Shown piece after piece: positions 1-13,000 of a stretch of DNA of 64,000 nucleotides. Made by a program: the position numbers and the translations under genes. The notes under the pieces are model-generated. The model saw only the letters and a program-made list of their open reading frames with translations, did not search any database and was not told the DNA's origin. How positions within the stretch are numbered: position 1 is the stretch's first letter; each line of letters begins with the position of its first letter. The DNA is taken from positions 33,604,001 through 33,668,000 of the forward strand of contig NC_092349.1 of NCBI RefSeq assembly GCF_963676685.1, given 5' to 3'. The DNA comes from Mytilus edulis (Eukaryota).

Positions 1-1
1 A

Positions 2-358
2 GATTATCGCAACGGACAGATCATAAAATTTCCAGTTACCAAAACATCTATAGGAATCAATAATGTGACTGAATTCCATACTACAGGAACCTTTACTTGT
101 GAAACATCTGGCGTCTACCTACTTGCCGTTCACATTGCGAATTCTGGCAATTCGAATGCAGTATTTGCATTGTACAAAAACAGTAAAGTTATTTCGTATG
201 TTATGGTTGTATATGGGACACATAGTACCGATTATAATTCAGGATCGGGAACTGTAGTCGTTGAAATGAAGGCTGGTGATATTTTACTTGCAAAAGCGAT
301 TGAAAATTTTAATGTACAGGGTTCTTACAGCTGTTTTACTGTATTAAAAATTAACTGA
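2..358 (+). CDS. Terminal exon of a C1q-domain-containing (C1qDC) protein; 5' part lies outside the window
   Basis: Frame is open from nt 2: DYRNGQIIKFPVTKTSIGINNVTEFHTTGTFTCETSGVYLLAV...SGSGTVVVEMKAGDILL...YSCFTVLKIN*. Has gC1q motifs (G.F.C...GVYL, GSGTVVV.L..GD) and AATAAA at 486-491. Clear paralog of exon 43848-44233. Confidence 0.88.
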   Translation, partial: DYRNGQIIKFPVTKTSIGINNVTEFHTTGTFTCETSGVYLLAVHIANSGNSNAVFALYKNSKVISYVMVVYGTHSTDYNSGSGTVVVEMKAGDILLAKAIENFNVQGSYSCFTVLKIN

Positions 359-509
359 TAATGTTTTATTTTATTTTGATTAACTTGGCTTTTTAACGTA
401 GGGTTTCTTCCGTTTTAAACGTCAAACCCGATAAACCATAGATATAAGATTAACAATCGTGGTGTAATGGAAAACAATATTCTACAATAAACTCTCATTA
501 TTTCTGGAC

Positions 510-730
510 GATGTATTTGATGCGACTGTCATACAGGTGATAGGTTTAACGCTATAAACCAGGTTCAATCCACCATTTAATACATTTGAAAATGCCTGTA
601 TCAAGCCAGGAATATGAAAGTAGTTGTCTATTCGTTTGATGTGCCTTATTAATTGAATTTGCTATTCGATTAGGGACTTTCCGTTTTGAATTTTCCTTGG
701 AGTTCAGTATTTTTGTGATTTTACTTTTTA
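510..730 (+). repeat. Non-coding 3' fragment of a Penelope/Naiad-like repeat family
   Basis: Shares the GGTT...AA(C/T)CC.CC...CCTG-n8-CAGG module with 13388-13455, 24972-25050 and 63451-63515. Confidence 0.5.
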
Positions 731-734
731 ATAG

Positions 735-1235
735 AACCCTGGCAATTAGAGAAATTTGGATAGTTAATTGAAAGAACATCATTAATGTATCTGAATATGA
801 AATTAAATAATCTTTTTGTTTTTGACATGTGTATGAAGGAACACCGACTCATATGAAAATAAGAAGAGGTCGGCAAGGTTAGGCACACAGGTTGTGCACA
901 TAGGAATGCCGTCAATTAGTTAAAGATATCTACATCGAAATTCAACAAATATGTTGTTAATAAGAAACTCCAGCATACTGATCAATTGTTCCTATTTTGA
1001 GCATGTTTAACCTTTTTTGTTCACTTTTAACAAACCATGCCGTATGGTGTCCAAAAGTAATAAACTTATAGCTGCATTTTATTTACTGAAACCTATTGAT
1101 GGTTATTTCTTGCAGACTTTTTTCAACTTCACTCGGGGAATGGTTTATATTGGGTTGAACAATCAAATATTTTGATAGAGTTAATTTCAGAGAAAGATCA
1201 AGATTTAAAATTACCCAAGAAGTCATTGCCCCATT
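735..1235 (-). mobile_element. Decayed Naiad-type Penelope-like RT fragment
   Basis: Minus strand gives SIKIFDCST, MLEFLINNIFVEF, GIPMCTTCVPNLADLFLFSYE and FRYINDVLSIN across frameshifts, matching RT motifs of the element at 12.0-12.5 kb. Confidence 0.8.
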
Positions 1236-1754
1236 TCTTTTATTTGATATTTATACCCGGCCCATTGGACCTATATGTCACTTTAGCAATATCATATCAT
1301 ATTCGAAAAGCGTAAAAGTTTACAAATAAAAATACATTATATGAATGAATGCTGAATTTACAAGTAAAGTGCTCTAAACAATAGTTCAAATATGACTTTA
1401 TTTTTTTATTTCATATATCGTATTATTTTAGAAAGAAAGGGTTCTACAGTGATGATAAGTTCTTTCATTTCATATCCAAATGACTTATCGACAAATTTTC
1501 AGCTATGCGCTGGAACTAATTTGTCTAAAAGAGGGTCGAAAGATACCAGAGGGACATACATACTAAATATACACAACTTTCCTGATTTTTCTTTTAGACC
1601 AGGTATGAATTAGTTGTTCGATAAAGTTTTATAAAATTTATAAAGCATATTGCAAACCTGCCTCTTTAATAAAGTCCTTACCTCATGTATAAATGTTAAT
1701 TGAAAGATTTCATTAGCATTGCATGCAATTTTCTACTGGAATTCAAGATGTTTA

Positions 1755-1945
1755 GTTATCAAAGGTACCAGGATTAAAGTTTAATACGTCAGATTCGCAT
1801 TTTGTCTACATCAGACTTATCAGTGACGCTCAGATCAAAATAGTTATAAAATTAAGCAAAAAAAGTACAAAGTTGAAGAGCGTCGAGGACCTAAAATTCC
1901 AAAAAGTTGTGCCAAATACACCTAATGTAATCTATGCATAGTATG
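1755..1945 (-). repeat. Decayed copy of the hammerhead-bearing dispersed repeat
   Basis: Reverse complement reads agcgtca-CTGATAA-gtct gatgt agac-AAAA-tgcgaatc-tgacgt...aatcctggtacc. Homologous to 55863-55990 with core mutations. Confidence 0.7.
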
Positions 1946-2479
1946 AGAAATTAATAATTTAGAACGTAGTACAACACATGCTGCAGGAAACTGAAGTGTT
2001 TTATTTAAATACAACCTGCCTAATGTTTTTGCAAACATTTGTTGTTATTACATGATAGATCTGATACCTATTATGCTTAATGTACAAATTGACTGTTCAA
2101 TTCAATTCAATGGACAAACCCATATTTACTGAAAATATGTATTAGAATATTGGCCAGTACCATATACACCAAACAGTTTCTGTGATATTTATTGAACACT
2201 TAAAACTGTAAAGATACTGCATATATATTGATCTTGATTTTTTCTGTATCATTTGCAATAATAACGACAAGAATGATTAACAAATGAATTGATAAGGAAG
2301 AAAACACGAACATTTAAAGGGAAAAAAATGAATTCCGAGAACATATCAAGATTAAGCATTAAACGTTTTTCTTTTGAATAAACCGGTAAAAAGATTAGTA
2401 CCGTATGTGTTTTAGTTTACGTCATTAGTACTTAATCGTATCCTGAATCACTCGAAACCTTTAAACACATTATTCCACA

Positions 2480-5400
2480 TCATAATTGAAATTATTTCCC
2501 TATCGACTCAATATGTAGCTGTGAAGTGACATATTTTGAATGGCATGTGCAGTCACATGTGCCTTCCGGAGAGGCAATGTGTCCTTAATATCACATTTAT
2601 TTAGCTCCGCCGAATGTTGCAAGAGTTCTCTAACAACATCATCATGTCCTTATTGACTTGCTAGAAAAAGCAAAGTACATCCATCATTATCAAAGAGGTC
2701 AGTGTGAACATCATTAAACTTAAGGAGTACTTTTACAACCTCAACTTTATTTTTGTAACTTGCTATCTGTAGCGGTGGTGTGCTATCCTTACAACATTTA
2801 TTGAAATCTGCCTTATGATGAAGAAGTTCTCTCACAACATTAACATGGCCTTGATGACTTGCTATCCACAGAGGTGATACACAGCTATCATCACAGCTAT
2901 TTACAGCTACTGAATGTTGTAACAATTCTTTAACAACGGGTACATGTCCTGCTTGACTTGCTATCCATAGAGGTGACACGCCTCTATCATTACATTTGTT
3001 GATTTCAATAGAATGTTGTTACAATTCTTTAACAATATTAACATGTCCTCTATCACTGGCTATCCACAGAGGTGACACATCTTTATCGTTACACTTATTT
3101 ACGTCTGCCGAATGTAGTAACAGTTCTACTACAACGAGTACATGTTCTGCCTGACTTGCAATCCACAGAGGTGACACGCCTCAATCATCACATTTGTTGA
3201 CTTCGATATTTTTCAACAACATTAACATGTCCTCGCTCACTCGCTATCCACAGAGGTGACATATCTTAACCGTTACACTTGTTTACGTCTGCCGAATGAA
3301 GTAACAGTTCTACTATAACAAGTACATGTCCTGCCTGAATTGCAATGCACAGAGATGACACGCCCCAATCATCACATTTGTTGACTTCAATTGAATATTG
3401 TAACTCTAGTTCTGTAACACGCTTAACATGTCCCAGCTCACCGGCTATCCACAGTGGTGACAAATCTTTATCGTTACACTTGTTTACGTCTGCTGAGTGT
3501 AATTAGTAGGTCTTTACTATCATTCACATGTTCTTGCTGATTTAGTATCCATAGCGGTGATATGTCCTTGTCAGTATATTTGTGTGCTTCAGCCGAAAGG
3601 TTTAAAATATTATTTACTTTTGCTGAATTTCGTGTAAATTGTTTGACATCTTTACCATACCCTTTCCGTAGAGACGATGTGTCCTCAGTATCACATTTAT
3701 TCACTATGGATCTGCAGGATCCGGAGGAATGATGTAATAGTTTCTTAATAACAATAACATGTCCCTGATAACTAGCCAAATAAAGTGAGGAACGTCCACT
3801 ATTATCAGAGAGATAATATCAACATCAACACACGAAAGAAGAACATTGACAACTTCAATCTGTAGAGGTGAAATACCAGCATCACAACATTTATTGAGGT
3901 CGGATGAATGCTTTAATAGGGTTTTGACAACATCATCATGTCCTTGGTGACTTGCTGTCCACAAAGGTGACACACCTTTATCATAATGTTTATTTACTTC
4001 TGCTGAATGTTGTAGTAGTTCATTCACAATATTGAGATTTTCTTCCTGACTTGCTATCCACAAAGGTGAAATACCTTTGTCTTTACAGTTATTTACTTTT
4101 GCATAGTCACTTAACAGTTCTTTAACAACATGAAAATGTCCTTCCTGACTTGCCAAATATAATGGGGATCCTGTTTTAACACCCACGAGATCAAAATCAA
4201 CATCATCACATTGCAGCAGTACACTTTCAATATCAATTCTGTTTTTATAGCAAGATATCTGCATATGGGATATTTAATCTTTCACACTTGTATTAACCTC
4301 TGCTGAATGCTGTTATAGTTCTTTGACAATATTCACACGTCCTTCCTGACTCGCTTTCCACAGAGATGACACACCGTTATTTTTACAGTTTTTCGAATCT
4401 GCTGAGTTTTGCAACAATTCTGTAACCTCATCTTCATGTCCGTTATTGCTTGCTCTCCATAAAGGGATGCACCTTTATTACTACAGATACTTATCTCTGC
4501 CGTTTGTTGTAACAATTCCTGAACAACACCAATATGTCCTTGCTGACATGCCAAATAAAGCGAGGAACGTCCTTCCTTATCACTAAGATCAATAATGATA
4601 TCTTGACATAGAAAAAGTAGTTTAACAACCTTAATCATATTATTATAACTAGCAATCTGAAGCGGTGAGATGCCATCATCACAACATTTGTTGACCTGTG
4701 CAAAATGACGTAGGAGTTCTGTCACGGTATTAAAATGTCCTTGGCGGCTAGCTATCCACAAAGGCGACATACCTTTATTGCTACATAAATTAACGTTTGC
4801 TGAATGCTGTAATAATTCTTTAACTACACGAACGTTTCCTTCTTGACTTGCTATCCACAGAGATGAAAGACCCTTTTTTTACATGTATTTACCTTTGCAA
4901 AATGTTGTAACAGTATTTTAACATCAAAGTGACCTTCCTGACTTGCCAAATATAAGGAGGATCCTCCATTATCGTCACAAAGATTTACATCAACATCAAC
5001 GCATTGCAGAAGTACACATACAACGTCAATATTGTTTTTATAACAAGCAATCTGTAGTGGTGAGAATCCGTCTTTTACATATTGATATACCTTTGTTGAA
5101 TGTTGTAGTAGTTCTTTGACAGTATCAGCATGTCCTTCCTGACTCGCTATCCACAGAGGGGTTGCACCTTTATTGTTACAGATATTGAATTCTGTTGAAC
5201 ATGTTGAATTATGAAATAGTTCTTTAACACCATTAACATGTCCTTGGTAACTTGCTATCCACAGAAGTGACATGCCATTATATTTATATCTTTTTATATC
5301 TGCTGAGTATTGTGACAATTCTGTAGAAGTGTGGTGTCTTCTTTTCTACATTTATTGATATGTATTGCATGTCTTTTATGACATTGCATTTTGACAAACC

Positions 5401-6790
5401 ACTTCGTTGTCGATACCGATTGTTGCATCTCTTGACTCTGACTGCTGTAACAATTCTTTAACAACATTTACCTGTCCTTGTTGGTTTGCCAATAACAAAT
5501 GGAAATAACCGTCTTTTCCTAAATAGTTTATGTCACTGTTCTTACTAATTATCCATTTAACGATGTCAACAGAACCCATAAAACAACTGCTTCGAAGAGC
5601 TCTATGTTCATTTTTGATATCTTTCTTACAGGCAAGTTTAATTTGCTTTGACCAATCAAGTTTGTTTAAATTATTTATAAACCTTTCTGTAAATGCAGGA
5701 TAACTCATGTTTCTGTTTAAAAATGTATTGTCTACGAAACCATTCCACAGTCTTTCAGAAGCATATCTATCGACATGTGCATCGGGTATTGGGATGGCGA
5801 ACCCTATATCTTCGTCCATGTTGGTTGCGCTCCTCCATGGAAATCTTTCTCGTATGAAGCTTGTTGTTGCATTATCAATGAAGATCTGCAGCATCCTTTC
5901 ACCGAAGTACTTAGCCACAAAATCAAGCAACTTATCATGGATAACTTTGTATACACTATCTTCAATGACTAAATATGTACCTTCAAGTGCTCTAAGTGAT
6001 TCCTTTAAGATATTAACATCTGTTTCTTGTTTCAGTCCACATTCTCGCAATACATCTCCTATTCCTACCTCTATCTCCATATCGTTTTTGGACAAATCTT
6101 GTACTGTTATTGCGTTGTTTAACAACCCACAAAGAGCCAAACTACAATATTCATCTTACCGTTATCTATATTTGTATACATCCTATCAAGTTCATCTTTG
6201 AAAATATCAAACGGATTTCTACTAAAAGAGCTTATGCTTACATGCTTCTGAGGGTTCTGTTTATAATATAAACCTCTTAAAAATGGTAAAACTTGTATCT
6301 TTCTGACAACTCATTGTCTTTGTCAGAATTTTGCTTAAAGTAAACTTGAACTAAATCAAACTTTTCAGTAGCATTAAGTCAATCAAGGCAAAACCTATTT
6401 AGAATGGAAATGCTGTTACAATTTTCATCTTTAAAAATTTCAAGTTTACATGAACACACAATTTTACAACATTTATCTTTAAGCATATACGTGATGTGAC
6501 CAAGCCACTGTTCCCAGTCGTTTATCATCTGTTGATCAATCGTATACCGCCCATAAACGTCATCAAAACAAATAATGTTTTTCTGTCCTGTTTATACCAT
6601 TGTCTTATATTTACAGGATGACTGCAGGGAATTATTATATACCCCTTTTTAATCAATTTTAGTGCAACATGTCTTAAAAGAAAAAAAATTCCTGAGCCAG
6701 AAGTTCCTACGATTGCTACATAACTTTCGAATAGAACGTTTTGGATTACTTGTTTCTCTGCCTCTGTACAAACAAATTGTATTTAAATAG
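2480..6790 (-). pseudogene. STAND NTPase (nSTAND3-like) plus long ankyrin-repeat array, pseudogenised
   Basis: Minus strand from ~6790 reads FVCTEAEKQVIQNVLFESYVAIV-GTSGSGIF (Walker A position, 6684-6707)...KTLFVFDD (Walker B, DD at 6559-6564). Helical region follows (ORF 5376-6140, YKVIHDKLLD), then many ankyrin repeats (SPLWIASQEGH...VVKELL) broken by stops and frameshifts. Confidence 0.82.
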
Positions 6791-8179
6791 CGCATCCGAG
6801 CTCACCCATGAGCATGAAGCTATGATGGGTCTTCAATGTAGCGAGAAACTCATGCGTATACATACATGCATTACTGTATGCACATGCTTGGACATATATT
6901 TTATTGAAAATTATATACTAGACAATGCCAATCCAATCTTTCTTTCTTGTTGAAGAGGGGGAGGGGAGAGTGTCAGGATTTTTTTAAAACAAAACATTTG
7001 TTGGTTTCTTTTCAACATAAGACAAAAATGCGAAATTCAGTTTTAAAAACATATCTTGTAAGAAAAAAAAGGTTGTTGTTGAATAAATTCACAAAAGGGA
7101 CAGCTGAAATATAAAAAAAAAAAATGCAAGAAATTGTAATGCGAAAATTGTATTATGAAGACATGCATATCTGTACTACTTGCCACTTAACAATTATTTG
7201 TACATATTCATTTAAAAAAAGAGATTTAAATTTGTAATTTCTTTCCTGATCAGAAGATTTCACCTGTTAATCTATACATGTTAATCCAAACACACAGGTG
7301 TCAATATCTGCAAATCTACCGGTAATTATAAGTTGTCATCAATATAACCATATTACATATTTCAAAAGTTTAAATTAAAAACAACGTTCAAACCTATGAT
7401 TACATTGGAGAAAAACTACAATTTTCATTCGTATACATGCAAAACAAAATTATTGATACAGGGGTCTGAATACAGCACAGAAAAAAAAACATTTTCCTTA
7501 AAGTCATAAGAAACGAGTGACCGATGCAAAGATAATGTTTTTCCAATTCTTGAACCAATGCATACAAACATCAAAAAACTTAGTCTTCTGTGCACGAATT
7601 TATAATTTTTTTCGTGTAAATTTCGTATAATCGTCAATTTTTTTTTCAATCGGTCAGTGTTATTGTGAAAATATGGCAGGCAATTAAAGTTTGTGTTTTG
7701 AAGCCGAAGTTTAACGATTGTCATCTGTTTGTCAACAATCGACAAAAAATCAACAAAAAAGCATTGAAATTGAGCACGTGTTTAACATTTAAATTCAGAT
7801 AATAGTTTATTTTAAGGACATCCATGCGTATTGCGATCACCGGAATTTTACGAGATGGGTCACACTGAGGTCACTTTGCATACGGAAAATATGTCGGGGG
7901 AATTGCTGGAAGGAAGTAATTAAAATAAAGTAATCTTTCTTCAGAAAAAAGTATATGTACATAAGTTTTATAATGAAAACTATCCATTGAGTTATAAAAA
8001 AACATAACTCCTTGTCCTTTGTAGCAGTTGTATCATTCCAGCAGGTCCTTATTGCACATTTTTGTTCTTAGTGCACTTAGGAGGTCCTTTGCGGTATTTC
8101 TACGGACCCGAATACCGTATGGTAGTTTTTGGGTCTAACATTGTAAACAGTTCCGATAGTAAATTGACAAATATTCTAT

Positions 8180-8895
8180 ATTAATATATTTATAAACTCA
8201 ACGTAGATGGTGGATTTACTTTCGAATGGTTGATTTGTATAAAAAATATTGAATAAATAGATTTTCAAATATTTGGTTCAATCAGAGTAACTATGGTTTT
8301 AATCCAAAATGGTTAAAGTTGAGCATTAAACAGAGAATTTTTTAACCAATTTCAGCATACTTGGAAATCAGAAATGGAAAATTCTACAAAAGCATTATAT
8401 GTTACAAACTGTTTAAAGAAAACTTTGAAGTTGAATATTTAGACTTGTTACTTTTAAAAGATAAAATAACGTTATGTAGGTTTAGAACTGGTAATCATCG
8501 GTTACCTAAAGAAACCGGTAGATGGCGTTGAATTATTAGACACGAAAGATACTGTGTACTTTATAACTCTTAAGAGATTTTCACTATATTCTAAACTGTA
8601 CAGCTCTAACAGAAAGTAGAAGAGCTTTTTTTAAACCTTACTATGTAAACCGAGTAAATGTTTTGAAATTCGGCACTTTATTTATTTCCAATAAATACTC
8701 GTGTTTTGGAAAATTTGTGTAAATTAATTAGAATCAGCAATATAGAAGTATGTTCTCCAGGTTGATCACCAATCTCTCATTCTTGTTGCTCGTTTTGTGC
8801 AAACTTGTCATGCGCAAAATCTGTATGTTATTATATGTAAAATTGTCTTTCTTTGTACCGTTAACTTGGTTTTATAAGAAATAAAGAATCTGAAT
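8180..8895 (+). mobile_element. 3' fragment of an L2/CR1-group non-LTR retrotransposon ORF2
   Basis: Translates to LCRFRTGNHRLPKETGRW..IIRHERYC...FHYILNCTALTESRR, a typical C-terminal segment of these LINEs. Has stops and frameshifts; AATAAA near 8879. Confidence 0.7.
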
Positions 8896-9594
8896 TAAAT
8901 AATACATCTAATTTTATTTAGTTTTTTAAATTTAATTACGTTAAATAAAAGGATACGAAAAGATATATTAATGTAACTTCTTCAAAGTTCAAGTTGATCA
9001 ATTATTGATTTAAGTGAATAAATCAAGTTTATTTTCTCGAGGAATAAATTGCATAGTATACAAATCCTGGTTCTTATATAAATAGTGATATTTTTTCATC
9101 GGCGAAACAGATAGATACATGTTCTTTTGTTGTGTTGGAAGAATCGTAAAGTTTTATTTTTCCATATTGGACTTCAAATTGTGTATTGAATTAAAACATG
9201 AACGCGGACTTCGACGAGAACACCTTGAATTGAAATTTTGCAAACGTTTCGACCAATGAAATTAATTTTACTATGTAACGGGAACTTCAACGAGAGCACC
9301 TAGATAAAATATTTTATTCACACGGCAATTAGTTTTAACTTAGAAATTTCCGCTAAAATATAGTAAGTAAAATTATATGTTACACAATGCAGAATTGTTT
9401 CTTTTCCGTTTTAGTTTTTTAACAATGTTAATGTTCATTTCAATTTGGTAAGTAGACTTATATTAAATGGCCCTAACGTAAATATATGTTTTTTTTTTAA
9501 ATCAAAAGAAGACGTGAGAGAATGCCGACTTATAGCCATTCTAGGTCCTTAAACTTAAATCAACCTACCCCTCGTTATCGCATACTAAAATGTA

Positions 9595-9696
9595 TCTCGC
9601 TACATTGAAGACCTGTTGGTGACCTTCTGCTGTTGTTTTTTATTTGGTCGGGTTGTTGTCTCTTTGACACATTCCCCATTTCCATTCTCAATTTTA
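9595..9696 (+). repeat. 5' partial pseudo-LTR of the Naiad element
   Basis: Matches 13591-13692 (tctcgctacattgaagacc...ccattctcaatttta). Confidence 0.92.
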
Positions 9697-10051
9697 TTTT
9701 TTACAGAGTTTGTCTTTAGTGCCGTGTGGAGGCAGTAGAGTGCCTCCCCGTGCTTCAGGTTTATGCTCTTATAATATACTAGATTATGGAGTGTGTGTCC
9801 GAGCGAGAACTGCTTTAGTTCATTACTTTAGGAATATTTATCAAAAAGCAGTATTTCAATATTCAGCCCCATTCAACTATTTAGTCAGCCATCAGTCCTA
9901 CCCTGATATACACTATCTTTTTCGGGTAATTTATACTGATAGCGTTTGACATTTTCAGCTAACAAATTTATCAATTTTACATAACTTAAATTATTGTATG
10001 CTGGTTCATATTCTTTGCTCCTTTATTATGTAATTCACTAACAAAACAATT

Positions 10052-13000
10052 ATGAAGCTTAGAAATGGAAAAATACTAAATACTAAACTTGTTCAAAGGG
10101 TATCTACACGTCTCAATCTTCAAAATCGGTTATCTAAAAATACTACCATCGCTAACATTTTTAACAATAAAAATCGTGGCTACCCTTCTATCGATAAGTG
10201 TCATGCCAAAAAATGACTTACATGTCCCCGTCTTTCCACCAACAATACGGTAAGGTCCACGTTTAATGGTCGCACATTTTCTTTAAATTTTGAAACTGAT
10301 ATAACTTGAAAAACAAACAGTATTATTTATTTACTCACATGAAACAAACCGGGGTGTGGTATTCAGTACGTAGGAGAAACTGGACGATATTTATCTAAAC
10401 GCACTCAAGAACATCTGTATCGTTTTAAAAGACCAAATAAATTCAAAAGTATCATTTACCAACACCTTAAGAAGCACAACCATCCTTTTAAATATTTAGC
10501 AGTTCAACCTTTAGAAGTAGTAAATAAGCAGCCTGGTGAATCGCATTCAAAGTTTGTACGATCACGGAAAATAATTGAATTAAATTGGATTAAAAAATTA
10601 CAGACAGTTTACCCTCTCGGTCTAAATGATAATATCATGGGAATTGGTAATATATCTAGAACCAATACCGTTAACATTTTGGATATAGTTTCTAAAACTG
10701 TTCGTAAAAACCGTTCTCACGGTCGTAGAACAAATCGCAATCAAAGAAAATTTCGGGCCAATCATACCAATATTTCGAACCTAATTTCTATTTCAAAAAA
10801 CAACGGCAGACATTATCTGTTAACAAAACTCTGTTCGTTACCGGTTAATAAGTTAAATAAAATTTTGGAGGATTGCAACACAATTTCATATAGCAGTCCT
10901 AAGTATGAAATTGTTCAAATTATTATGGCATATTGTTATTCTAAATTATTTCCCAAAATTGATCGCCCTGAAGATCATAAAAAGCATTTTATTAAAATTA
11001 AGTATGTCAATAAAGGCTTTGATTTTGTAAATATTGCCGGTATATTTAACGATCATTCTGTTAAAGAACAAATTTCTGGATATTTTGACAATACTGAGCT
11101 ACCTCTTATTTGTTATATTTACAAGAAATCTACCCGGAAATTTGTGTTTAATTATAGTCAATTGTGTAAAGATGTTAATATCAGTGAAAATACACCTACT
11201 TCATGTAATTGCAGTAATTCCGAATATATTTATGGACCCATTTCCCATGTTATAACAGGAGATCTTAACATCGTTCAAGACCGAGAGTTAAAATCATTCC
11301 TCAGTAAAGGACCTAAATATCGTCCCCCGTCAATTATTAATTGGAATGAGTGTCGTAATATCATCCACGACTCACTCCATACTTACTGTATAAAATGGAT
11401 AAAACGGGAAAAAGCTGACAAAAAATCTTTGGACTCTTTTTTTAATTCAGTAATGAAGATAGTTGATATACGTATTCAACATTTTAAAGAACATTTTACT
11501 ATTAACAATAACCAAAATAAACCTATTTCTCGTATCAAACATAAACTAAAAGAATTAGCCAAGGAATTTGTTTTTGTCCCGGCCGATAAAGCTGCTAATA
11601 ACATTATTATTGTTTGACGTAAATTTTACATTGAGGTTCTGAAAAAGGAAATCACCAATTCACCAACATTCCAACTGACTCCATTTTCAGAAAACGAAAT
11701 CTGTAACAAACATAAACTTTTAGCCACCGCTTTAAAAGCAGAGCCAAATACAATGAAAGTCCCAACAATGTATTGGCTTCCGAAGCTACACAAAACCCCT
11801 TACAAATATAGATTTATTTCGTCTTCAAGCCATTGTTCAACTACTAAATTGTCTATTCTTCTTACCAGCACACTTGGTACAATTAAAAACCTTATAATAA
11901 ATTGTTCAAATAAGGCCTTCGAAAATAGTGGAATAAATTACTTTTGGAGTGTCAAGAACTCGTTGGAAGTTTCTTGATAAATTGCATGCTTATATTGGTG
12001 ATTTTGAATCTATTCAAAGTTTTGATTTTTCTACCCTGTATACCACATTGCCTCACATTCTCATTAAGAAAAAAATCACACACCTAATTAAATGGGCATT
12101 CAAAAAATCAGAATGTGAATATATATGTTCAAACTCTTTTAGGTCATTTTTTAGTAGCAATAAACAAAAAAAATATGTTAATTGGACATGCTTTGATACT
12201 ATATATGCCCTTGAATTTTTACTAGATAACATTTTTGTTCGCTTTGGGGATTCCGTATATCGTCAGATTATCGGAATTCCAATGGGGACTAACTGTGCAC
12301 CACTTATTGCGGACCTCTTTTTGTATTGTTATGAGTTACAATTTATGACAAAAATAAGCAAAGATCCATCAAAACAACATCTGATAAACAAATTTAATAA
12401 TACTTTTAGATATTTGGATGATATTTTGGCTCTCAATAATGACGACTTCAGTATGTATATTAATGAAATTTATCCTGCTGAACTTACTTTAAATAAAGCT
12501 AATATTAACAATGACCACTGCCCTTTCCTCGATCTTGATATCTATATCACTAACGGAAAGCTGAATACTAAAATTTATGATAAAAGGGATGATTTTTCAT
12601 TTCCTATCGTTAATTACCCGTTTTTAGATGGTGACGTTCCGTTGTCACCATCTTACGGTGTTTATATATCTCAACTTGTACGATTCGCTCGTGTATGTAA
12701 CAATGTTTTAGATTTTAACGAGAGAAATTTATGTATTACTGAAAAATTATTACACCAGGGTTTTCGATATCACAAACTAGTCAAAACATTTACTAAATTT
12801 TATCATCGGTATAAAGACATCATTCGTAAATATAGCTCAACATGCAGACTTCTTATACGTTCAGGTATTTCACATCCAATTTTTTATGGAAATATTCTTT
12901 ATAAAGCACAAAGGTGTCAGTATTCACCTCAGAAACTTAAAAAAACCTTTGAATAGACTTATTAAGAAGGGATATAATTACGATACTGTTGTCAAGTCAT

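Noticed and set aside
5707-6201. 164-aa plus-strand ORF
   Set aside because: Antisense shadow of the STAND-ankyrin frame; no independent motifs.
9710-9949. 79-aa ORF in the Naiad leader
   Set aside because: Non-ATG start and no recognisable motif; treated as 5' UTR.
11975-11977. Fifth TGA ending ORF 11753-11977
   Set aside because: Produced by the +1 T just upstream; the corrected frame reads EVLDKLH, so it is not a Sec codon.
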